Part shown: positions 1 to 12,910 of the stretch, one piece after another
Layout: each line of letters starts with the position of its first letter
Position numbering within the stretch: the stretch's first letter is position 1
Assembly: GCA_965287045.1 (NCBI GenBank)
Contig: OZ336879.1
Coordinates: forward strand, 84,444,001 to 84,508,000
Reading direction: 5' to 3'
DNA length: 64,000 nt
DNA from: Carcharhinus amblyrhynchos
Taxonomy: Eukaryota
Made by a program: the position numbers and the translations under genes
The notes under the pieces: generated by a model
Database searches by the model: none
What the model was told of the DNA's origin: nothing
What the model saw: only the letters and a program-made list of their open reading frames with translations

Positions 1-117
1 CAGGGTGATTAGCAGGGTTAATATGAGGGGTTACGGGAATAGGGCCTGGGTAGGATTGCGGTTGGTGCAGACTTGATGGGCCAAATGGCCTCCTTCTTCA
101 CTGTAAGGATTCTATGA
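1..117 (+). mobile_element. HE1-type SINE 3' tail
   Basis: gatgggccaaatggcctccttc...gattctatga tail. Confidence 0.8.
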
Positions 118-929
118 ACTGAACATGCAATGGGGAGAAGGGGGTTTGTTTTGTTGTCCCTAAACCATCAGTGGAGACTGGCTTGTTTAGCCTGTAACTA
201 ACTCATATCCGAAAACTGACAAGTGTGCTGCTCACAATTTTTCATCTACTAATTCCAAGTGACAAACAAAACCATGAGGACTTAACCTTGAAATCTGAAT
301 ACAATGCAGCTTTTCGAGCACTGACTCATCTGAATAAGTTTGTCTTCAGTGAGGACTCGGTATCACTAGGTAGCCCATCTAGAAAACATGAAGGCGTACT
401 ATACTCTGCAGATACTCTGTTCAGAAAGGTCAGGCATTATAACTAACCTTGTGGAACAATCACTGGATTTCAATGCTGCAAATATGGCAATCATCATACT
501 TTGGAGCTCTCATTAAAACACTAGATGGTTCATTGGAGTTGGAGAACCAGAAGCCCATTAAGATGGTTGGGTGCAAGCTTATCTCTGATATCAATGTAAA
601 TATGAATATAAACAAAATCTGATTTCTTTTTAGCCTTTCATATGTGTCCTGAGGAGTATATAATCCTTGGCTTATATCCTCATAGTCTTTTCCAAATGTT
701 TTTACTCCAGGGGCTTGCCATATTTCTGGTGAAAAAGCACTGCACTGATGTGGCTTATTGTGAATACAGAATTGGCACAGATCTGGGATTGAAGCATCCA
801 ATTATATACTTTTTTTTATTCTCAGTCTTTTTCCCCACCTCTCTTTATTTCTTTTCCTATTCATGTACAATTATCCTTGCCCTGTTCATTGCAAGGTGCA
901 GCTGCCGAGAGCGGGTGGGGTTCAGGAAG

Positions 930-1227
930 ATGACAGCGGTTAGCACTGTTGCCTCACAGCGCTAGGGACCTGGGTTCGATTCCCGGCTTGGGTCATTGCC
1001 TGTGTGGAGTTTGCACATTCTCCCCGTGTCTGTGTGGGTTTCCTCTGGGTGCTCCGGTTTCCTTCCCGCAGTCCAAAGATGTGTTGGTTAGGCAGATTTG
1101 CCATGCTAAATTCTCCTTCAGTGTGCCCAAACGGGTGCCAGACTGTGGGGGATTTTCACAGTAACTTCACTGCAGTGTGAATGTAAGCCTACTCTTGACT
1201 CATAAATAAACTTTACTTTTTTACTTT
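930..1227 (+). mobile_element. HE1-type tRNA-derived SINE (alternative tail)
   Basis: Pol III A/B boxes (ggttagc, ggttcgattcc), HE1 body, tail gcctact...aataaacttt. Confidence 0.88.
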
Positions 1228-2001
1228 AGTGCGAGGGCATAAGGGACAAATGCCTGCGACTGTTTGAAGCAAACAGAATTTGCTCCTCAGTTCTCAATGC
1301 CCAGTTTCTCAGTGTAGAAAATAACTATTAGGAATCAGACGCTTGCAAGGCTTGTTTCGGTCACAGGTATGGCCCATTTCAACACTGATTCCAACTTGTT
1401 CGGTTTGGTCGCTCAGTCTAAGTAGAGCAAACGCCTGATGCTGTTGGATTTAAATGGCTTCGGGTGTGTAAGCTCCACTGCTTCCCATCCTTCTCCAGAT
1501 TTGATTCTGATGGTAAACCGCTCAGTTCTGACAGCCTGGCACTGAGAGCAGCTGCTGTCTCTACATGGCTTCAGGCTACTGGCAATGTCACAAGGCTGAG
1601 GGTTGGCATCGATATCTTTGTTATGTTTGCTCTGCACCTGTGCAAGTGGGCTCGGCCTAAGCTCTGCACTGATCTTTTCGTCTGTTTTATCCTTTTTTTC
1701 ATTCTTATCCCTTCTAACTTACTGGCACCCTTCCCATTTCTTTGATGTGCTGATGACCTACTTTCAACCCAGTGCCTGTGCTGGATTTGCTTGCTACTAG
1801 AGAACTTGTGAAAGGCCTGGAGTGATGTGTGTTCTCTGTTCTTCCTCTGTGTAAATACGTAGCCTCTAATTGACCCCCCGTTCTGCAGAAGTGAGCTACT
1901 CGCTTTGCGGGGACATGGGCACACATTTCTGTCTCATCAATCGGTGGCAAACTTACAAGTGCTGTGCCACTGTACCAGCAACCAAAGTCTGGAGGCACCA
2001 T

Positions 2002-2304
2002 GGGCTGAATTTTTTCTTGTGTTGGTTTCGGCCAGAGAATCCCAGCACTGGCAAAAAACTCACCGCATATTCAGCCTCTTCAAGGGGAAAGAAAATTTTG
2101 TGAGTTTCACATCGTGCCCGTGGTGGGCTGCCTCTGATTCGTTCACCCTTTCTGGGTGGGAACCTCATTACATCATTGGCGATGGATGTGGAAAATCGGA
2201 AAATGCGATCTCACTAGAGTGAATCGCGTTTCCCGACTCTCACGGTACTTTGCAGCTGGATTGTTGTTCTTGCTGGTGGTTAATGTGGGCTCAAAATTCC
2301 ACCC
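2002..2304. mobile_element. Short MITE-like element
   Basis: Imperfect TIR GGGCTGAATTTT / AAAATTCCACCC and a CpG-rich interior. Confidence 0.45.
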
Positions 2305-3354
2305 GCTAAGTGCTGCCAACTCTCAATGTGGCTCAGCCAAATATGGCCAATCTTGTAGGATGCATGTGTAAATGCCAAAGTGGGCCATTCAGTTAATCTC
2401 TGACTGCCCAATAAATCAATCTCTGCACACCTACTCTGAATTCAACAGCGAGTTAAGTCAGTGCTGAAATTTATCCCAGATTCATTCAGGAATGAAAGTT
2501 TATGCTGGGAGATTTTTTCTTCAATGTAATATTTTATTTCCTGGATATCTTATCATGGTTTGAGGATGAGTATATAGAATAATAAAACAGATAAAAATAA
2601 GACCTCTCCACCTCCCATTTCTACTTTATGAGACTCCTTAAAATCCTATCCTTTTGATCAAGCTTTTGATCATCTGCCATAATGTCCCTCTTTCATCATG
2701 CTCAGCATCTAATTTTGTTTTATAACTCTCAGGTTGAAGCACCTTGAGGCTTTTCTATTATGTATAGATACAGGTTGTTGTTTTGCATTTATATGGTGCC
2801 TTTCATAACCTCAGTATGTTCCAATGCATGTCACAGCCAATGAAGTACTTTTGAAGTGTAATTACTGCTATAAAGTAGGAAATATTATTGAACGGTTAAG
2901 GCACAAAATAATAAATTTGTTCCAACAGCAATTTCCTGTAGGTTTCTGAAGTCTTTGGTTTGTCTGGGTTATGCTCGGTGAAAGTGCTTTCAGCAAACAA
3001 GTTATATCAAATTCTATTTTCATCTTAATTTAGTAGCTATTTCTTACTGAAACACCAATGTTAGGAGCATGGGACTGGGGTACAGTATTAGCTTTTATCC
3101 ACAAGTAGAAACAAAGTCGCCCAATTGGAATCACGGCTTTGACACTGAACCCAGTGTGGGACCACTGACAGTTCCATTGTAGATCAGGAACTTCATTGTA
3201 GATGGTATGGGGTGCAGGCAGGGATCGAGTAGCTTGTCAGGCAGCTGTGTTTCATCCATAAATCTACGAAATGAGAGATTGCAGAATACTTGGCTGTAGG
3301 GAATAAAGCTGTTTAACTCTCTCCAACTGACGTTCAAAAACTATTGATTGAATA

Positions 3355-4210
3355 TTAGAACAAAGACCATAGTACAACACAGGACCAGGCCCTTCAGCCC
3401 ATGATGTTGTGCTGAACATGATGCCAAATTAAACTAATCCATTATGCCAGACCTGGGCCCATATCCCTCTATTCCTTGCATATTCTAAAGCCCCTTAAAT
3501 GTCCCTGTTGTATCTGCCTACACCACCACCTCTGGCAACACATTACAGATTCCTACCACCCTCTATGTTAAGAACTTGCCCCTCACAGCTTCTTTAAACT
3601 ACCCCCTCCTCACCTTAAGCACATGCCCCCTAGTATTAGATACTTCAGCTTTCGGAAAAAGATTCTGACTGTCAACCCAATCTATGCCTCTCATAATTTT
3701 ATAGACTTCTATCAGATCTGCCTTCAGCTTCTGCCGCTCCGGAGAAAACAACCCTTGTTTGCCCAGCCTCTCCTTATAGCTCATACCTTCGAATCGAAGG
3801 GGCACAGCGGTCAGCCCTGCTGCCACACAGCGCCAGGGATCCAAGTTTGATTCCTGGCTTGGGTCACTGTCTGTGTGGAGTCTGCACATTCTCCCCATGT
3901 CTGCATGGGTTTCCTCCGGGTGCTCTGGTTTCCTCCCACTGTCCAAAGACATGCTGGTTAAGTGCATTGGCCTTGTTAAATTTTCCATCAATGTACCAAA
4001 CAGGCGCCAGAGTGTGGCAACAAGGGGATTTTCACCGTAACTTCATTACAGTGTTAATGTAAGCCTACTTGTGACTGATAAATAAAATTTAACTTCAGGC
4101 AGCATCCTGTTCAAACTCTTCTGCACTCTTTTCAAAGCCTCCAAAACTTTCTATAATGTGAATTGAACGCAATACTCTAAGTATGGCCTAACCAAAATTT
4201 TATAAAGCTT
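3355..4210 (-). mobile_element. CR1 LINE 3' fragment interrupted by an HE1 SINE
   Basis: SYKERLGKQGLFSPERQKLKADLIEVYKIMRG motif. The CR1 sequence resumes after 4095. Confidence 0.88.
3797..4095 (+). mobile_element. HE1-type SINE (alternative tail) inside CR1
   Basis: Same body and tail as 930-1227. Confidence 0.88.
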
Positions 4211-4711
4211 TCAATATTCAGAATGATCATGGCCACTGTCTCACAAATATACACCACTGTGTTGTGAGTGACCTGTCCTGCCAGTGGGATGGGACATTCC
4301 CAGGGATGACGATGATGGTGGATTCTGGGGCATTGGTTGTTAGGTATGGTTTGTTGAGTATAATTTGTGGAAAATAAAACTTGTTAAAAATCTTGTGCAA
4401 TTCTGATCATAGTTCGCTCCTGGCCAAATTCTGTTTTTAAGAACACAACTGTTTCATTATTGAGGGGATAAAATTCTAATCATTAACATTTTAAGTAAGA
4501 TTCAAGTTACCGTGCAAGTGTTCTGGTAAATATCCAAGGCTTATGGCCTGAAGGCTTCTATTTATCAGAGGCTTTGTTTAATAATTACATTCCAATGAAA
4601 CAGGGTTGCTTTTGTTTGTGATCCTTTGTCATCATTGGTAACTGAGGAATAGAGTTGAAAATGAAATCATTTTGACTATATCCTTTTGACTATATTTGGG
4701 CTAGATTTGCG

Positions 4712-4906
4712 TGACACAGCACCTGGATTCGATTCCCGGCTTAGATCACTGTCTGTATGGAGTTTGCACGTTCTCACCATGTCTATGTGGGATTCCTCCA
4801 GGTGCTCCGGTTTCCTCCCACATTCTGAAAGACGTGCTGGTTGGATGCATTGACCCGAACATTGCAGTGTTAATGTAAGCTTTACTGTGACTAATAAATT
4901 TACTTT
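4712..4906 (+). mobile_element. HE1-type SINE, internally deleted
   Basis: B box, body and alternative tail. Confidence 0.8.
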
Positions 4907-5321
4907 ATCAAGCCTTTAGTTTGCCCATTCTTGGGTTTTATTACACCTGAATTGATACTGGGCAATGCCTCCAACAGTAGGAAATCAGTCAGTCGGACAT
5001 GTGCCCAAAGAGGACCAGGCTATCTCTCAGTTGCAATGAGGGATTGACTAATCTCTTCTTGGTACCTCCAAAAGGATAAGGTTGGGGAAGGGGAATTTCC
5101 CAAAGGATTTCTCCCACTTTTTGCAGTGCCTTGAGGAGGTCCAGTGAAAACCGTGTTCACAAACATAAACCAGGTTTCCATCAAACTTCCATCAAAATTA
5201 CAGCAATGAAGAGAGATAATCGACAGAGTGTATTCTCCCTAGTGTACTTGGATTGAATACATGAAAACATGTGGAGAGGATTAAGAAACCTTCTATCATA
5301 ACAGACTCTCATTTTTCTGTA

Positions 5322-8104
5322 TAAAAACAACTGCTAGAATCTGAAACCAAAAGAGAAAATGCTGGAAAATCTCAGCAGGACTGGAAGCATCTGTAAAAAG
5401 AGAAAAGAGCTGATGTTTTGAATCCAGATGACCCTTCATCAAAACTGGAAGGCCTGACAAGTGGGGGATATTTATACTGCAGGGTGAGGGAATGAAAGAT
5501 GAGTTATAACCACAGAAACCAGAGGAAAAGACTGCTAACAAATGCCCACAAAGAAAACAAATGGCCAAACGGCAGAGGAGCTGTGACAGATGGAGATGTT
5601 GGAGGAGGAGTGTGTTAAAAAGATGAGGCAGGTAGATTGTAGAAAAGGGAAAGGGAGAGAAAAGGTATGGGAAGGGGTAGGGGGATAAGGAGGGGAAATG
5701 AAGAGAGACAATAAAGAAAACAAAGATAGAGAACTGTAAAAAACTAAATTAAATAAAATGGAAACAAAGAGGGCCGAGGTGGGGTAGAGCAAATCATCTG
5801 AAGATGTTGAATTCGATGTTGAGACTGGAAGGCTGTAAAGTGCCTAGCTGGAAGATGAGGTGCTGTTCCTCCAGTTTGTGTTGAGCTTCATGGAAACATT
5901 GCAGCAGGCCAAGGACAGACATGTAGATATGGGAGCAGTATTGTGTGTTAAAATGACAACCAACCGGAAGGTCAGGGTCCTGATTGCACCCAGACCAAAG
6001 GTGCTCAGCAAAGTGAGCACCCTGTCTACGTTTGGTCTCTCCGATATAGAGGAAACCACATTGGGAGCAGCCAATGCAATACACCAAGTTGAAAGAGGTG
6101 CAAGTGAAGCGCTGCTTAACCTGGAATAAGTGTTTTGGACCTTGGATGGTAAGCATAGAAGAAGTAAAGGTTTTTTTCATCTTCTGCAATTGCATGGGAA
6201 GGTGCCATGAGTGACGGGTGAGGTGTTGGGTATGATGAAGGAGTGGACTAGGTTATTCCAGAGGGAATGGTCTCTGCAGAAGGCTGATCGAGGGAGAGAA
6301 GGGAAGGTGCATTTGGTAGTGGCATCACGCCGGAGTTGGCGAAAATGGTGGAGGATTATCTTTTGCTTGCAAAGGCTGGCGGGGTGAAATGTGAGAACAA
6401 GGAGGACTCTATCCTTGTTCTGGGAGGGAGGGGTGAGGATGAGGTGTGGTGCAGGAGATGGACTGCATGCTGTTGAGGGCCCTGTTGACAACTGTAGCTG
6501 GGAATCCATGCTTGCGGGAACAGGAGCACATATTACAAGCAAAACTTTGCAAGAGGGCATCATCAGAACAAATGCAACAGAGACAAAGGAGTTGAGGGAA
6601 AAGAATGGAGTCCTTACAGGATTCAGGGTGTGAAGGGCTGTAGTCCAGATAGCTGTGGAAGTCAGTGGACTTGTAATAGATATTGGTAGGTGGTTAATTG
6701 CTGGAAATGGAGACAGAAAGGTCAAGGGAAGGAAGGGAAGTGTCTGAGATGGACCAGGTGAAGGAGATGGAGGGGTGGAAACTGGAAGCAAAGTTGATGA
6801 ATTTTTTGAGGTCTGGACGCCAGTATGAAGCAGCACAAAAATAGTAATCAATGTATAGGTAAAGGAGTTGTGAGAGGGGACATGGGTAGGCCTGGAACGA
6901 GGAATGTTCCACATACCCTGTAAAAAGACAAGCGTAGCTTGCACCCATGTGGGAACTCATTGCTGTTCCTTTGATTTGGAGAAATTTGGGATGAGTTAAA
7001 GGAGAAGTTGTTGAGAGATAGAACAAGTTCAGCTAGTTGGAGGAGAGTGGTGGTAGATTGGAGTTGTTCAGGCCTCTTTTCAAGGAAGAAGCGAAGAGCT
7101 CTCAGCCCACCCTGGTGTGGGATGGAGATGTAGAGAGATTGCACATCCATGGTGAACAGGAGATGGTTAGGGCCTGCGAACTGGAAGCTGTCAAAATGAT
7201 GCAGGACATCAGAGGAATCCCAGATGTAGGTGGGGAGGGAATGGACCAGGGGAGTGAGGATGGAGTCAAGGTAAGAGGAAATAAATTCAGTGGAGCAGAA
7301 GCATGCTGATACAATGAGCCTACCAGAACATTTCCTTTTTGTGGATTTTGGGAAGTAGATAGAATATGGTCCCAGTGTGGCCTCCTCTATGTCAGAAGGC
7401 CAAGCATAGACTGGGTGCTCACTTTGCTGAGCACCTTCGGTCTGTGTGCCATCAGGATCCTGACCTTCTAATTGCTTGCCGTTTTAACTCACGATCCTGC
7501 TCCCTTGTCCTTGGCCTGCTGTAAGGTTCCAGTGAAGCTTAATGCAAACTGGAGAAACAGCACCTCTTCTTCAGGCGAGCCACTTTACAGGCCTCTAGTC
7601 TCAACATCGAATTCAATAACTTCAGAAGATTTGCTCTACCCACCTCGGCCCCCTTTCTTTTCATTCTACTTTATTTAATATTTTTACTGTTCTCTACCTT
7701 TTGCTTCTTGATTGTCTTTCTTCATTTTTCTTCCCCCTGCATTCTTTTCCCCTACTTCATCCCCATTTCCTTACATTTTCTCCCCCTGCTTTTTCTTTTC
7801 TACATTCTACTTCTGTCCCACCCCCACCCCCGCCTCCTGGCCCTACCCCACATCTTCATCTGTCACAGCTTGCAGCTCCTCTGCCGTTTGGCCATTCACA
7901 TCCTTTATTCTCTCAATGGACAGCTATTAGCAGTCTTTTCCCCTGGTTTCTGTGGCTATGACTCTTCTTTCATTCCTTCCCCTTACAATATAAATATCTC
8001 CCACTTTCTATGCCTTTTAGCTTTGACGGTCGTCTGGACTCAAAATGTCAGCTCTTTTCTCTCCTTACAGCCTGGCCCGCTAAGATTTTCTCTTTTTGTT
8101 TCTT
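5322..8104 (-). mobile_element. Penelope-like retroelement (RT + GIY-YIG endonuclease, decayed) with an inverted copy of its 3' end
   Basis: Minus-strand frameshifted ORF pieces: MDVQSLYISIPH (PLE RT) and NLVYCIGCSQCGFLYIGETKRR (GIY-YIG). Segment ~7367-8104 is an inverted copy of ~5330-6075. ATTTTTCTGTA occurs at both 5311-5321 and 8105-8115 (putative TSD). Confidence 0.9.
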
Positions 8105-10112
8105 ATTTTTCTGTACTGAAGCCATTGTAGCCCACACCTTTATTCATTCAATGGGCCAGATTTTGCTGTGATGGTGAACCAATGGAGCACTGAATTTAGT
8201 TTCAATGGATTTGAGCACTGCAAGTTAATATCAGTGGTCAGAGTAATGAATGTTGGACTTTATAAGATGGCTATCTTTTAAACTGTCTTGCTTAATTCAA
8301 GGTAAAATGGAATTATTTGGAGAAGGGACTAGGACTTCCTAAGTGATTTCTTTTTATTATTTTATCAGATGTGGGCACAATTGGCAAGGCCAATATTTGT
8401 TGCCTATCTCTAATTCTCCTTGAGAAGGTGGTGGTGAGCCACATTCTTGTACAGCAGCAGTCCATGTGGTGCAGGTACATCCACAGTAATGTTGGCGAGG
8501 GAGTTCCTGGATTTTGAATTCATGACAATGAAGGAACGTGAAAAGTCTTCCATCATACTCCTGACTTGTACATTACAGATAGTGGAAAGACTTGACGGAG
8601 TCTGTTCAGCCACTCACCACAGAACAAATGCTCTTAGTAGATATGACACGTATATGGTTAACCCAGTTGAGTTCTTGTTTAAAATTGCCAAGTCAACCTA
8701 CTGTGGGTAAGATGGAGGTTTCTGTCCAATTTAATGGCAGCATCTCTTTTGTTTTCCTTCTGTTTTCCAGACCACAGCCAGCCAGGGAAAGAGGCTGGCA
8801 GCACATTTGGGCAGAAAGGCCTGTGCATGTAGGCCACAGCTGGGGAGCGGAGAAGGAAGACTGAGCGAGGTAGAGATTGCAATGTGTGACAAGATCTTGG
8901 ATGAAAGGTCAGGGAGATGTTGAATAGAAGGTCGACCAAATTATGAATGGCAGGTTGAGGGATTGCAGATGGAAAGTCGGGGATTATGGTTGAAGGTCAT
9001 GAGGCGGAAATCATAACTGGAAGTTTGGAGCAACTGCGGATGGAAAGCTGGAGAAGATTATGGATGAAATGTTGGATAACATTGGGAATGGAGAATCGTG
9101 GGAGAGGTCAGATCAAGGAGTTAAATTGGAGGAGAGTGGATGGGTGATGTGATCAGATAGCAAGATAGATGCCACCAACAGTTATGGATAGACATTTACT
9201 GAAGGAACTGGAGAAAAAAGCAATCCAACTCCTCCCAGACAACAAGCAGTGCTGGAAAAATATTTATTTATTGGATTTGAATCTGTTGAAGGGTCATCCA
9301 GACTTGAAGTATTGGCTTTATTCTCTCTCCATAGATGCTGAGATTTTCCAGCTTCTTCTGTTTTTGTGTGAGAATGTTGGAGCCAGGTTGTGGTCACAAT
9401 AGAAAAATAATTTATAACTTAATCAATACCATTTCCCCTGCCCACGCACCCGCACCCCCACCTCCCCACACTCACTGCATCCAACCGTAATGGGTAAACC
9501 TTCCCTTAGAAGTTTCATTAAAAAGATACATCATTAAATTTACTCATCTTCTTCTTGAATACTGATTGACTGTTTCAGCAATGACAGTGATTTACTGCAG
9601 CTATTTTAAGAAATATGATAGACCCTGAACTTATGGATGCTTCAGGCTGCCTGAGTGGAAGAAAACCTGCAACTCTATTATACCTTAATGAGATACTCTA
9701 TTTATTTTATCACTGATGGAAGCAGAGAACGCTTTCAAATGAATTCTGGTGCACATTAAATTACCATCTCTGGTTTTTAACCATATCCATCAAACACTAG
9801 TGTTACCAATTTGCACATGTTTTATGTTATTTTTTAAATGTGTATTTGCAGCTACCAGACTGAAAGAAATTTTCACCAGGAAAATTAAAAATTAAATGTT
9901 CCAAAAGCGGGAGTGTCCACACTTCACCTTTCAATAATGTTATTATTTGACATGACCTTTAATATTAGGTAATAAAAACCTTCATTTTTGCAAATATTAC
10001 AAGACTGGTTAATTATTAATAGAATTAATAATAATATCCAAATTGAAAATCACTTGCTTTTGCACTCTACATTGACAGTTGCATTTCAAAATTTTCCTTT
10101 TGTGGCATTGCA

Positions 10113-10390
10113 GTCTCACAGTGCCAGAGGCCCAGGTGCGATTCCCGGCTTGGGTCACTGTCTGTGTGGAGTGTGCACACTCTCCCCATGTCTCCGTGGG
10201 TTTCCTCTGGGTGCTCCAGTTTCCTCCCACAGTCCAAAAGATGTGCTGGTTTGGTGGATTGACTATGCTAAATTCTCCCTCAGTGTACCCAAACACGCGC
10301 CAGAGTGTGGCGATGAGGGGATTTTCACAGTAACTTCATTGCAGTGTTATATAAGCCTACTTGTGACACTAAAAGTAAACTTTAAACTTT
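10113..10390 (+). mobile_element. HE1-type SINE (alternative tail)
   Basis: Same body and tail as 930-1227. Confidence 0.88.
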
Positions 10391-10432
10391 TCTCCTCTTA
10401 ACTCTTTTCAAACCCTTCTTTCTTTGCTCACT

Positions 10433-10745
10433 TCAGTATGATATCACATCACTACCTACTGAGCCACCAGAAGTATACTCTTTAGTAATTCCACTCTCGA
10501 ATGAAGGAATTATTGATAAAAAATGTAACTGATTCAAGTTTAGTTGAAAGAATGATAGGTTAAACATTGGAACTCAATGAGAATGAATTACACACAAACA
10601 TATCCCCAATCTGAACTGAAATGACCAAATAACATGAAAAATTGAAGTAACACAGAAAAAAAAAGTTATCTGGTTATTTACCTCAGCATAATTAGATAAA
10701 GGAAGGGGGCAACTGTAACAAACAAATATGAAAACAAGGAAGCTA
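10433..10745 (+). repeat. Diverged outer part of the left arm
   Basis: Aligns by eye (~75%) to the reverse complement of 28590-28695 plus 29209-29415. Confidence 0.85.
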
Positions 10746-11319
10746 CATTTTATAGACATAGGGTGGGATTTTACGGTCTCGCTCGTAAAATCCCGCCTGA
10801 GATCAACAGACTTTTCCATTGTCCGTCCCTTGCCCGCTCCAATTCCCATGGCGGGCAGGATGGTAAACTTCTGGCCAGAGAGTCATACAGTGCAGAAAAG
10901 GCCCTTCGGCCCAGAGAAGTGGGCTGTATGACCTGCAAGCCAACTTATTATTTACATTGTTTTAATGTAATAAGCACCTCACTAATTAAGCACATAATTG
11001 TCTTTTTATTTATGTTATTTCAATGAATATGGACTGGTTGTGGTGTAACCCTGCGGTGCTGAGTCATTCTCATGATGGTAACATGGAACATCGAGGTGGA
11101 AGAAGAACCCGGGACAAAAATAGCCTCTCAGAAATCACACACGGAGGATTTGTCATCAGATTGACCACCGAGATGGACTCCAGCTCGCAAGGAAACGAAG
11201 CAACCGGTCCTGTCTAGTGTATGTACTATTGCCTAATGGTGTAATAAAGGCGGGGCACCTTTGTTGGAACTGCATTGTGTGTCGTTCATACCCAGATGTG
11301 AGAAAGACAGTGAGAGGGT

Positions 11320-12846
11320 CTTTGCGAAAATTTGGTAAAGTCGGGTGTGAGGTGAGTAGTGTGACCCATGCCCACCTCCACGCTGATTCCCCCTTTACCA
11401 AGGCCTGAAAATGGATGTGATCGGAAACGGCGTGATGGCAATGTAAATGCAGTTGCATGCATTTAAATTGATTTAATGAGCTGCATGCCCAACCTTACTG
11501 GCACTTCCCCCTTTACTACTTTGTTTGCCCATTCAGAATGAGCGCAAAATAGACATGCTCCACAAAAGTCTGATTCGGGCGCTCCAGTTAGAGAGGAGGT
11601 AAGTGTCGAACATCTGTCAGCTCTTTGCTTGAGATCAGTGGGAGGGGAGGAAGGTCCGCTGCCACTCTGCCTGAGATCAGTGAGGGAGAAGGAGCGGTCC
11701 TCTGCCACTCTGCCTGAGATCAATAAGGGGGAAGGGGGTGGGGTCCGCTGCCACTCTGCCTGAGATCAGTGAGGGGGAAGGGAGGGGTCCGTTGCCACTC
11801 TGCCTGAGATCAGTGAGGGAGAAGGAGGGGTCCTCTGCCACACTGCCTGAGATCAGTGAGGGGGAAGGGGGTGGGGTCCGTTGCCACTCTGCCTGAGATC
11901 AGTGAGGGAGAAGGAGGGGTCCTCTGCCACACTGCCTGAGATCAGTGAAAGGGAAGGGGGGGTACGCTGCCACTCTCCCTGAGGTCAGTGAGGGGGAAGG
12001 GGGTGGGGTCCGCTGCCACTCTGCCTGAGATCAGTGAGGGGGAAGGGAGGGGTCCGTTGCCACTCTGCCTGAGATCAGTGAGGGGGAAGGGAGGGGTCCG
12101 TTGCCACTCTGCCTGAGATCAGTGAAAGGGAAGGGGGGGTACGCTGCCACTCTCCCTGAGATCAGTGAGGGGGAAGGGGGTGGGGTCCGCTGCCACTCTG
12201 CCTGAGATCAGTGAGGGGGGGAGGGAGGGGTCCGTTGCCACTCTGCCTGAGATCAGTGAAAGGGAAGGAGGGGTACGCTGCCACTCTCCCTGAGATCAGT
12301 GAGGGGGAAGGGGGTGGGGTCCGCTGCCACTCTGCCTGAGATCAGTGAGGGGGGGAGGGAGGGGTCCGTTGCCACTCTGCCTGAGATCAGTGAAAGGGAA
12401 GGTGGGGTCCGCTGCCACTCTGCCTGAGATCAGTGAGGGGGAAGGGGAGGTCCATTGCTTTTCCGTCTGAGATCAGTGAGAGGGAAGGGGGGAAGGGTTC
12501 CTGATCAGTCAGGGTGGTGGGTGGGTGGGGCGATAATGTTGTGGAGGTGGGGCAATGTCTGTGTGGGCCAGGAAAAGGCATTATCCAACCAGGGAGCAAT
12601 GTGGCAGGGGAGCAGCATTCTGTCATCTTTTCTTCTGCGCATGCACAGTTGGAGGCGCCGGTCAGAGTGGCAGGATTTTGGGTGCATTAAGCCACAGGCT
12701 TCTGCAACACAGTTCACAATCGCTGATATGTTTTCAGGCAGAGAGTACATGGGGGTGCCTGAGAAGGGGTCTAAAAGTCAGATCTGAAACACTCCCAGTT
12801 TCAAGACCACCCAGCACTTAGAATCAAAATGGTAAAATAGGGCCCT
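11320..12846. mobile_element. Harbinger-like non-autonomous element (one end missing) hosting a minisatellite
   Basis: Inverted homolog of 40333-41323 at both ends; terminus ...GGTAAAATAGGGCCC. Confidence 0.65.
11621..12495 (+). repeat. G-rich minisatellite, 43-46-bp unit, about 18 full plus 2 partial copies
   Basis: Unit GCCACTCTGCCTGAGATCAGTGAGGGGGAAGGGAGGGGTCCGTT, counted by eye from 11661 to ~12457. Confidence 0.97.
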
Positions 12847-12910
12847 TTATATAATACTATCAGAAAGCCAAACATCAAAGGGTAGCATTGGAACCAATCT
12901 TTATAATTAT

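Noticed and set aside
930-1010. tRNA genes at SINE heads
   Set aside because: A/B boxes continue directly into the SINE body; these are tRNA-derived SINEs.
10925-11309. Possible short solo LTR (TG...CA, internal AATAAA)
   Set aside because: No matching TSD found and no second copy in the window. The same applies to the LTR-like stretch at ~32550-33750.
11621-12495. CRISPR-like appearance (constant ~22-bp block alternating with variable segments)
   Set aside because: The variable parts are homologous G-rich variants, not unique spacers. No cas genes, and the context is a vertebrate genome.
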